DNA from: a virus
Virus record (IMG/VR): IMGVR_UViG_3300045988_137242
DNA length: 64,000 bases
Strand: one strand, 5' to 3'
Position numbers and translations under genes: made by a program. Positions 33,901 to 45,900 of this stretch are shown one piece after another; the first letter of the stretch is position 1, and every line of letters begins with the position of its first letter. The notes under the pieces were generated by a model that worked only from the letters and a program-made list of their open reading frames with translations, made no database searches and was not told where the DNA came from.

Positions 33901-36900
33901 CGGACGCAGCAGAAGATGGAGGAGCTTGTTGGCAAGGTGGTCCATGATTGGAGTTATCGAGGCACGATGAATGGTGTGAAGACCGATGGCGAACAGGTGC
34001 TGTTTGTCGAGGACAGGGACGGACGCAGACTGATGGTAGGTTCGGGTGATGTAGCCTTTGATTCCGTGACCGGCAGGGCGAAGGAAGATGTGGGCGATAT
34101 GCTTGTATGTCTTGACCCGGAGACCAAGGAACTGGTGTATATGAAGGCAGAGGATGCCAAGTTTGTCGGTGTTCAGAATCCTGATGAATTTGCCAACGAG
34201 TATCGCCAAAAGTTGCAGGAGATAAACTCTCAGCCTTATAACGAGGCAATGCAGCGACAGGCAGAGCGTGATGCGGCGAAGAATCAGCAGGAAACGAATG
34301 AAGGAGAAACGAAGACGGAAGTGGCGGCACCCGAGACACCGATGCCGAAGGAAGATAATCCTGAATTATATAAGGTGGCAGATTCACTGCAAGGAAAAAT
34401 CGGGCAGTCTTTGTCTAAGGATGAAGCGGATAGTCTTGTGTCTGAAATGGAAAATCGTGCCGAACCTGCAAGAGAATTGGAGTTAACACCAGAGAACTGG
34501 ACTGCCGAATTTGGTGAAGACGGTAAGGTTGCAACCCCACTCGGCGAGGTAAAGATGGGAGAGAACCAATACTTTAAACTTGCCAAGGAGGGAAGAAACG
34601 GAAAACTTGGTTTGATTAAGCCTACATTGGAAGACCCAGATGTAATCATCGAGGATGCAAGTCAAGCTAAAGAAGGTCAAGTAACAGAACGTCATAGTTC
34701 ATACTTGTTTGTAAAAGCATTCACTGGCAAGGATGGAAATCGTGTATATTACTTTACTTCTGTTACGGTTAGCCGTGATGGAAAAGAGGTTGTAGTTTCC
34801 AACCAAGAAAGAAGAGCAAAACGAATTGCTACGGTAATGGAGAGTGGAAAGATTCTATATTTAAAAGGAAATCAGTCTGCATCCGTTGCGCAGAACGAGA
34901 AGCCTGTTTCTCTTGGTGATTCGAACTCCTCTACTACTACAGGCAGTCAAGGAGCCTTGCACGGTATCAATTCACCTGATTTACATGGCAAAGATACGAA
35001 CAATTCTTCAAACGGCAATGGGAATGAAGGAACTTTAACACATTCTGCTGCTTCTTACGAGAAGAATGACATACCTGTAGACAAGGACGGAGAGCCGGCT
35101 TACGAGCAGGTGCCGAAGGAAAGGACAGTAGAGGATTTGTTCGGCAAGCTTGGCGGTGACGGTAATCTTGCACATAGCTTTGCGGAAGCCAAGGTAGCGG
35201 AAGCAGAGAAGGAGCGGAAGGCTTTGTTGAAGAAAGAGCCTAAGATGGGAACCAAGATAAACGAGTATCTGAAGAAGAAGCGTGAGCATGATGAAGCTGT
35301 CAAGGCAGCAGAGGCAAAGGTTGCCTACTGGAATGACGTGAAAGGTGAGATAGAGAAGCTGACACACACCACCCCTGAAGAGCTGAAGGAGCAACAGGCA
35401 GAGCTTGAAGGTACTGCAGCTACGGCAGAGCACAAGGCGTTGTATGGCGAGGGTCAGCCAGCAGACGGCACCGCTCTTGCAGCGAAGTTCGTTGCTGATG
35501 CCAAGATAACGCCAGAGAGTTTCAAGAAAGAGACAGGTTTCGGTACAGCAGAGCAGGCAGGTTTCGTGGGCATGATAGCCAAGGAAGAGAACGGCGGCAA
35601 GTCTATAGAGCGTCTTGCCGAGGACTTGGTGTACTATGACAACACGGAACATAACGGTACGTACTTCCACGGCGACACCAACGAAGCGAGAAACGCCATC
35701 ATCTCAGCCTTGGGTGCAGCGAGAACCCGTAAGGGACTCCGAGAGCTTGCCCAGCCCGACCTTGCGAAGTTTGAGAGTGAGCGAGCACAGGAGCGAGACA
35801 ATGCTTATCATGAGGCTTACGGTATGGATTATGAAGAATATTTGGCATATTCTGAGCAGGAAATGCCTCATATATTAGAAAAAATAAATAACTTTGACGA
35901 GGAAAAGTATCTGCAAGACAAGGCAGAGGAGATTACGAACCAAATAGATAAAGAACATGGAAAAGCAATTGGAAGAGATGAGTCCGCAGGAGAAGAGCCA
36001 GTATATGGTGAAGGCGATAAAGTTCTGCCTGGCACACGGACTGATGAGCGAGGAGGAGGTGAAAGCCCCGAAGAACATGCAGGAAGAACGGAAGCTGAGC
36101 GCAGAAGCGATACTGAAAATGCGGCTCTACCAGAAGAAGCATCCTCAGGAGCCGGAAGAGTAGATGAGCGGCAGAAAGAAGTTGATGAGGCAGTGAAGCA
36201 TGTAGCCACTGAGATAACGAAACAGACAGGTATTGAAGTGGTTACTGACGAGCGTGAGGGTCAGAGTGCTTTGGAGAGAGGTTTGCAGGTAGACAATAGC
36301 GTTAGAGAGCATAGAGCTTCGGCAGGCAGTACGATAGCAGGCATGCAACTGTTGCCAAAAGAACTGCGTATGAACGAGAGTGTGCTTACTGACCAGATAT
36401 TGAACTATCATGGTGACTACATAGGCAAACTTCTTGAAAATGCTCAAGAAGATTCGTCCGTATCATACTTCTCCGCTCATGATGGCAAATGGTACTTCTA
36501 CAGCGTTGATAAAGACAGGAACATAAACATCTTGGATGCCGTAGAAGCATCAAGAGAAAACTTCGATTTATTTAAAGATAAACTGAAAGAATATGGATTT
36601 GACGGAAAATCAACAGCTCTTCGTAATGCTTTGTCGTCGTATGGCTACATCGGACGAACAGACAGCGATTTGCTTAAGTCTTTTCTCGCTGGAGGAACAC
36701 AAAGCCGCAGTAGATTTCGTGATGGAGAGACTTCGGAAGGGAGAAGAGCCGACAGAAATAGAGTGGCTGGAGAAGCTGACGGAACTCAATCTGAAGGCGA
36801 TACGCAAGAAGCGAGGGAAATAAGGCAGTTCCGCACCAAGGATGGTGAGGTGTATGGCTTTACTGTAGACGGCAAGATATATCTTGACACGAAGAAGATG

Positions 36901-39900
36901 AAGCCGGAAACACCTCTGCATGAGTATACGCACTTGTGGACGGAGGCTTTGAAGAAGAAGAACCCGGAAGAGTGGGAGAACGTGAAGAAGCTCTTTGACG
37001 AGGTTGAAGGACTGAAAGATGAAGTACAGAAGCTGTATCCCGAACAGGAAGGCGATGCTTTGTATGACGAGATGATAGCGACCTATTCCGGCAGAGAGGG
37101 AACAAAGAAGCTTGAAGCGGTGGTCCGTGAGCTTGCTGCCAAGAATGGAAGCGGTGTAGCGGAAAGCGTCAAGGAGCAAGGCTTTATATATAAGGTAAAG
37201 GAAGCTCTGCAGAAATATTGGAAGGGAGTTGCCGATATGCTTCATATCCACTTCACGACAGCCGAGGAAGTAGCTGACAAGGTGTTGGCAGACTGGGCAA
37301 AAGGAGTGAATCCGAAAGAGGAGAAGGTGGATGAGAAGAAAGAAGCAGTAAAAGCTGAGGAGCCCAAGCTGCCACTGAATCCTATAGAGCGTACAGCACT
37401 TGAATACCACGAAGAGAAAGTGGGTGCTGCACGTAAGGCATACGAAGAGGCGAAGGCTTCGGGTGACGAGTCAGAAATGAAGCGCACAAGAGACGAGTTC
37501 AAGAAAGCTCTTGACGACAAGCTGAAAGCGCAAGGCGTGGGCTTGGTGCAGAGAAGAAAGGAGATAGCTAATGAACTCGGCAAGGAAGAAGCAGAGAAGA
37601 TAGACAAGCCTTGGAAAGACATGGACGGAGAAGAGCGTATGGCAGTAGCCGAGCAGAATCCGCTTACCGAGGAAGAAATCAGAAACAAGACCTCAGAAGA
37701 GAATCAAGATTTAATAGAAGATGCCATAGACTACCTAAACGGCAATCATGGCTTCGCACAACAAATAGCTTATTTAAAAATTTACGACGATGTTAGAAAT
37801 AGACATGAGAATGTTTCCGGCGATAGCGGAACGGGAGACAGAACACAGTTGGATGCTGCCAATACTACAGGCGGCGAAGGATTGGGACTGGGACGAGGAC
37901 GAGAAAGCGGAGGACCTGATGGACCAGTGGATAGAGGAGCAGGCAACGAAGCTGCATCCGGAGAGCGAACAGGCGGAGAGAGTGGTAAGGACAACCCTAC
38001 TTTACCTGTTGGAAAACAAGGCGATAAGCAAGGTGAAGGAAGTCCATCCGGAATGGGCGGACTATCTGCCGGAGGTGCTGACGCCACAGGAGGCGGTGCA
38101 GTTAGCGGAGATGGACATGTATCTGACGGAAGCGGACGTGGAGGCGTCGATAGATCTTCTAAGCCGGATGCAAGACGGAAGCCTGCAGCCAAGCAAGGAA
38201 CTACTTGGCGAAATCGCACAGGCGCAGAAATAAAGCAGGAAGCCAAAGAAGCCAAGGAGGGACTGAAAGCAGCGTTGAAAGAGATGCTGAAACGAGGACG
38301 AGGCGAAGCAAGCATAAGTCTTACAGGTCTTAACTCCCGACAGATAGAGTATGTGCCAGAGTTGATGAAAGCCGTGAAGCGTTACGGTATGTCGCTGATA
38401 GACCAAGGCATATACAAGGTAAAAGACTGGATGAACAATATCCGTGAGGGTATCTATGACGACATGAAAGCCATAGGTTTCACGGATAAGGATATTGACG
38501 ACTTCATCGAAGAGATGTGGAACTCCAAGATGCCGATGGATGGCGAGACCCATACCATAGCTGAATGGAGTACAATCTATGGCAACGCCCAGCTGAGGAA
38601 GAAACTCAGCGAGAAGCTTGGCGAGAAGTACGAGCGTCAGATGGCAGCCGAGCCAATAGCGGTGAAGGTAGGCGACAGGAAGAACATTGAGGAGACGTTG
38701 CCGTTCTTGTTGCCTCAGCAGCAGGAAGACGTGCTGAAAGCCGAGACGCAGTTTTTCGGCAACGAGCATGCAGACCGAGAGCACGCATACGGCAAGGGTT
38801 ATCTGTTCACCAACGGCACTGGAACAGGAAAGACCTATACCGGATTGGGTATAGCCAAACGACTTGCCAAGCAAGGCAAGGGACGAATACTGTTCGTTAC
38901 TCCAAGTCAGAAGAAGGTGAATGACTGGATGAAAGACGGAAAGAACCTCGGCTTGGACATCCGTGACCTTGATTCGTGGGCTAAGGAACGAGGCACGACA
39001 GCTACCACCGAGAGCGGCGAGGGAATGGTAATCACGACTTTTGCCAACTTCGGACTAAACAAGAAGCTTCTTGAAACCGAATGGGATGCCGTTATCTATG
39101 ACGAGTGCCACCGCATTATGGAAAACAAGAAGGGAGCCGAAACGGCAAGAAGCATGCAGCACTACATGATGACGAACCGTGACGAGAACCATTGTTTCCT
39201 CAGACTGCAAGAAACAAACAAGGACTATCAGAAGATGCGCCTTGCTTCGGAGAAGTTTGACGAAGAGAGAAGCAATGAGATAGGACGCATAATGAGGGAG
39301 TATAAAGAGAGTCATCCAGAGGCAAGGACAAAGGATGTCATCAACGCTACGTATAAGCTACAGCCGAAAGAGCTGAACAGCTTTGCTCCTGCAGATGCAG
39401 CGAAGTTCCCCAAGTTGGGCAAGGCTTACCAAGAGTTTATGTCGGCGAAAGAGCACTATTATAAAGATGTAGAGCCTAAGCTGAGAGAGCAAGCCAAGAA
39501 TACTTGGAAGAAAACGAAGACCATCTTCCTGTCAGCAACGCCGTTCAATACGAGAGAGAACCTTGATTATGTAGAAGGCTACATCTTCAAATATCCCGAA
39601 ATGAGCGATGATGGCATGAACGGCAGGACGCGATTCTATCTTGACCATTTCGGTGCAGCATACAAATACCGCTATCACCGACTGGAGCAGACAGTGAGCA
39701 ATCCAGATGCCATTGCAAAGCAGGAAGTAGCATTCTCTGACTATCTGCAGAATACGCTCGGAACGATGAGCGGAAGAATCATAGACAGCCCTTATGACTA
39801 TTCACGAGACTTTCCTACCGTATCTCCCGACCATGCAGAGGAATTCAACATAGCCGTGCAGGATGCCGTGAGAGGACGTTATCTCGGTTCTGCATACAGG

Positions 39901-42900
39901 AAGACTATAGGCGAATACAACTATGGCAGCGCATTATTTGAGACGATGAAGGTGGCGAATATCATAGACCGCATAAAGCAGCATCTTGACGCAGGGCGCA
40001 AGGTGGTGATATTCCACCGCAGGACAGAGACGAAGACTCCGATAAAGCCACCGTTCGCCTATATGCTTGAAGTTGCCAACAAGGAAATCTCTCTGATGCG
40101 ACCGGGCAAGGAGAGGGAAGAGTATATCCGGGAGGTGAATGCTTTCCGCAAGGAGCATGCCGGGCTGTTGCAATGGGAGAAGACCTTGGACTACAGTATG
40201 CCGAGAGAGCAGCTTGCCAAGGTGTTCGGCAAGAACAACGTGCTGTTCTTCAGTGGCAAAGAAAGCAAGACGGTGAAGGATAAAGCCGTAGATACGTTCA
40301 ACGACGACAATAGCGGCAAGAATATCATTGTGATACAGGAGGCGAGCGGCAAGGAAGGAATCTCTCTGCACGACACGACAGGCAAGCATCAGCGAGTATG
40401 TATAACGCTTGGTCTGCCTCAGAGCCCAATCACGGCATTGCAGATAGAGGGACGCACGTACCGAATCGGCAACAAAAGTAATGCCATCTTTGAATATCCG
40501 GTATTGGGTTTGAACTCTGAGATGATGCTGTTTGGCGAGAAGTTCAACAATCAGGTGTCAACGACAGAGAATCTTGCACTTGGCAGTCAGGCGAGAAACT
40601 TGCGAGAGAGCTTTGCTAAAGGTATACTGGAGCATAGCGGAGTAGTACCTATTGACCAACAGGGAGTCGGCGGCAAGGAATTTGACGCACCAAAGCAAGG
40701 TGACAGTGATCCGTTTGATGATGCCGTGCTTGACTACTACAGCAACCAGAAGCTCAACAGGAAGAACCGAGAAGGTGTGGACTATTTTCCAACGCCGGAG
40801 CCACTTGGCTACAAGATGATGGAATGGGCAAGAGCCGGAGAGGGCGACACTATATTGGAGCCAAGTGCCGGACATGGAGCTATAGCAAGGTATGCGCCCA
40901 AGGAGAACCAGTTGACAGGAATAGAGCCAAGTCAGAGCCTGTTCGCCAAGTTGCAGTTGAAGGCAGGAGGTTTGGGCAGGAAATTCATGAACACCGTGTT
41001 TGAGAACTACGACATAAGCAACAAGCACGACGTAGTTGTAATGAATCCACCGTTCGGTACGGCAGGAGCGACAGCGATAGCCCATCTCGACAAGGCTTTC
41101 AAGCACTTGGAGGAAGGCGGTAGAGTAGTAGCCATAATACCGAGAGGCAGCACCGACAAGAAGTTTGACAAATGGCTGGACGGACAGAAGAACGTTGCCA
41201 TGCGTGCAGAGGTAGACCTACCCGACATAGTATTCCAGCAGGCTGGAACATCGGTAGTGAGCCGTGTTGTGGTGCTCGACAAGATAACGGATGCGGCATT
41301 GCGCAGCAAGGCAGGCAAAACGGAGCGTATAGACCTTAGCGGACGCTATGACAAGATAGAGGATTTCTTTGAGGAGCTGAGAAATATAGAGATGCCTGAG
41401 CGAATCATAGACACGCAAGCCAAGATGCAGAAGAAGGCGAAGGCGGCAAAGACCAGTATCAAGGAGATAAAGGGTGTAAGAGACGTGAAGCTTGACAAGA
41501 ACGGCATTTTGGTAAGCATGCGAGGTGACTGGATGGACTACGGCATCAGTTTCTCGGGCAGCGACAAGCCTCAATATTGGAGAGAGAAGATGTCAAACTT
41601 CTACGAGAAGTATGAGGAGTTGGAGAAATCAGCCTTCAACGAAGACAAGAAAGCTGTATTCAGCGAGATGAAAGAGCTTAGCTGCAAGCTTGCCGGAATG
41701 ACCGAGGACGAGATGCAGAGATATATAGCAGGTCGCAGGAACAGTGGCGAACAGGATGGTGTTCATTTCAGAACAGAGGAAGATATAGAGGATGTTAACA
41801 AGAGGTTCAATGAGCGTCTTGAAAGTCTGAAAGCTGACCCTAAACAAAAGGGTGGAGAACTGAAACTTGGATATCCGGGTACATTCTTAAAAGATGCAGG
41901 ATTTGGTGACAGCGAAATTGTTTTGGAATATGCCAAGATAGAAAGAAAGTCATCGGAGGAATACAAGAATGACCATCCTTTTGATGTTGAAGATATAAAG
42001 GATTTGCCGAAAGCCATAAATACCCCTATTGCCGTATTTGATAATACAAACGGGAAAGAGGCAGGAAAGACAATTCTTACAGAGCTGCAAAAGGACGGAA
42101 AGAATTTTATTGTTGCTATACGTGCAGCAGAACGTCGTCAAAAGGGTGGAATAGTTTTGGAAGTAAACGAAATAAAAACTTTGTTCCCGAAAGAGGCACG
42201 TGGAATCGTAAATTGGTTTAACACGGGTAAGACCTGTAATGTAGACAAAGAAAAAGCCCTCACTTGGTTAGGGGCCCTCCGCACCCATCGCGGAACCTGG
42301 CTAACCGAGCAAGAGCTTTCTTCTGCCACAAATGTAGTGAAAGATTTTGATATAGAAAAGCGCAAGTCGCTGAATTTTCGCATAGGGGACAATAAAACCG
42401 AAAAACAGAACAATTCTGTTGCGACAATATCAGAAGATGCGCCAGTAGTGGTGAAGCATGTGGACAGAGTGTCGAAGGAGACAGGAGTGAAGGTGAACAT
42501 GGTGCAGAGCGCAGAGGAAGTGAACAGTCCGAGAGTGAAGAAAGCCATAGAGGATGGCAAAGAGGTTACAGGCTGGTATGACGAAAGGACAGGCGAGGTG
42601 CATCTGTATATGCCGAATATCCATGACCGGTATACCGCCGAGAAGACCATCTGGCATGAGACGGTAGGACACAAGGGCATGCGTGGATTGATGGGCGAGC
42701 AGTTTGACAAATTCCTTCGTGACATGTGGTATGACCTTGACAAGCCCGAGAATGCGGAGCTGAAGAAGCTCGTGGACGAAGAGAGGAGACGCAATCCTCT
42801 GAATATCTATGATGCCATAGAGGAAGGGATAGCGAGACTTGCCGAGGAAGGCAGAGGCGAGCCGGGCTTTTGGCGAAATATCAGAAACAAGGTGACGGAC

Positions 42901-45900
42901 TTCTTCCGTGAGATAGGCTACAGGATAGCACCGAACACGAAGGACGTGAAGTATCTGTTGTGGCTGAGCAAGAACCTACAGAAGAATCCTAACGATGTGT
43001 TCTACAAGATGAGGGCAGAAGCCGTGAGATGGCGACTGGACCATGAGGCAGTACCCGATGTGATAGAGGCGAACGGCATGTTCTTTGACAATGACGGGAA
43101 GAATCGAGAATACGTGCTTGACTTGAGCCAAAAGGACTTTGAGCAGGCTACAGACGGTAAGATACATTTCAGGACATCACCAGCCACGGCATCCAAGATA
43201 GAAGAGTATAACAGACGACTTGAAGGGAAAATCTACTCAGCCAAGGAGAGTACGGTGGACTATATGCAGTCTGTGCAGGAGTATATGGAAACCGTATCGG
43301 GAAAGAAGAATGTGGCAAGAGACATCCCGTCTTCTTGTAATCCGCTGCAAGCTGAAAACAGAAGCAGTAGTATAAGTCAGAAGAAATGCGATAGATACGA
43401 CAGGAAGTATATGACTCCTCTTGATGATGTTTTCAAGAAAGTTATTTCGTATGTGGATGGAAAGAACAGCGATTTCCAGAAGCAGAATACGGAGCTTTAT
43501 ATGATTATGAAGCATGGACTGGAGAGAAATCGAGTGTTCTTTGTGCGCGACCGTATCGGAGAAAATCTGAGAGAGGAAATAAAGAGCATAAGGGAAGCTG
43601 CTGAGCAACAGCCAGAACCGAAGAAATGGGAACGCACAGAGACAGAGAAGGCGAAGATGAAAGCAGATGCTCTGTCAAAAGAGTGGGAACAGAAGTTTGG
43701 TGAGCTGAGCAAAGACTTGGAAGATGGCAAGCTACAGCTTGACGAATACTACGGACAGATGGACGAGTGGATTCGCAGTAAGATATACGAGGAGTATGAA
43801 TCCACCAAATATGACTACTCCGGTCTTACTGATATTATCAAGAACACTAAAGACTGGAAGAGTGATGCCGACATCATAGAAAAGGTAAAGGATGTAGAGA
43901 AGAAAATCAATGACGGGAAGAGCGGATTGGTAAAGGAATTCTGGGAGAAGAAGAGAGCCGCTACCGATGCTATCATAGATTCGGAATACGATTCGGGTAA
44001 GATAGACAAAGATTCGGCGGCGCACTTCAAGAGTATGTTCAACTGGTATGTGCCATTGAGAAAGTTCAATGAGACTACCGCCGAGGATGTATACGGTTAT
44101 ATCACAGAGAGCGGCGACCCCAGTCAGTATATAGGTTCTGTCATAGCCAAGGCGAACGGACGAAAGAGCCTTAGCGATACCAATGTGATGGCTCAGATAT
44201 TTGCGATGGCGAAAAGTTCCATAATAAGCGGAGAGAAGAATATTGTGAAACAATACTTCGCAAGATTCGTGGAGGCTTACGAGACAGGCGAAGCACAGGA
44301 AAAGGTTTTTGTAGAGATACATCCTTGGGCTGAAAGGCATGTCGTTGACGGCAAAGAAGTGTGGGAAGAGGTATATCCACAAGTGCCAGAGGATGCCACC
44401 CAGCATGAGATAAGCGATATATTACAGACTTTTGAAGACAAGATGCGGGCGAAGGAGGCTTTGGGCGAGGCAAGGCTATTGACACGTAGAGGCAGTGTCG
44501 GCTACAAGTTTCAGCGTGAGAAAAACAAGAATGAGCATATAGTAGAGGTGTATATTGCCGGTAAGAAGCGTATGTATTTCTGTCAAGGCAACCCACGGGC
44601 AGCCCAAGCGATAAACGGTCTGTTGCACGATTCTGGAACGTCAAAAGGCAAGCTGTCGGCATGGATTTCAAAGAAGTCGTCATCCATCAACAGGACATGT
44701 GCGCAGCTGAACACGTCATACAACCCGGACTTCTTCTCCTCCAACATGGTACGAGACTTTACTGTGTCATCCGCAATTCTTGTCAAGGAAGGACCGAAAT
44801 ACGCAAAGAGGTTCTGTAGGGAGTATTACAACAACTTGAAGTTCCTCAATGGTGAGGACAGCTATTGGAAGATGCTCGGCAAGTATAACAATGACAAGAT
44901 AGACGAAAGCAACACACGTCAGAAGTACTTCAAGGAGTTCATGGACAATGGCGGTCAGACAGGTTTCGTGCAGCTTGAGAAGCTTGAAAGAGTCATTAAG
45001 GAGTATAACAACCTTGTAAAGACAGGCAAGAGAGACGCTGACGGATGGTTTGCGAGAGCTTTGAAGAAGGCGGGATTCATCGAGATCGCTAACGAGACGT
45101 TTGAGAACATAGCGAGATATTCATGCTACGTGACATCAAGAGAGTCTGGGCGAAGTATAGGACGAAGTGTATATGATGCAAAGGAAGTTTCGGGCAACTT
45201 CAATAGGCACGGAAGCGGAGATGCCATCAGTACTTTGAAGACAGCGAATGACAGTAAGTCGGACGTGGCGTTCAGAAATGTAGTCGGCTTCTTCAACAGC
45301 TACATGAAGAATCACACGATGTTCTACAATGCTGGTGTGCAGGGTGCGAACATGTTGTTTAAGAACTATAAGTTTGCTCCTGTGGCAACGGCAATGTCGT
45401 TAGGTGTGATGCCGTTTGCCTTGAATATGGCAATCGCTGCGATAAACCAGTTTTTGATGGGCATAGAAGACGAGAAGAAGCGAGGTGGCGTGAAAGACCC
45501 TTATGCCGAGTTGCCAGAGTGGAAACGAAGGAACAATATCAACATCTATATATTTAGAGGTCATTTCTTCACGTTGCCGTTAGGTATAGAGTTGAGAGCC
45601 TTTTACGGGCTTGGCGATGTAGCCTTGGCACATAGCTTCTATGATGGTTTGAAGAGTGACACTCCGATAGGATATGACATACTCGGACAGTTGGCGCAGC
45701 TGGTACCAAGTTCTGACTTTTTGGGGCATCATGCTCCGGGCGACAATACAACAGACGCATTGAAGGATGTAGCACTTGCTGTAACACCAACAGCACTGAA
45801 GGCTGGTGGTGAACTTGTAGCTAACAGAGACTGGACGGGGCGACCGATATACCGAGACCAGACCTATCTTGACATAGCTCCAAGATGGAAGCGAGCTTAT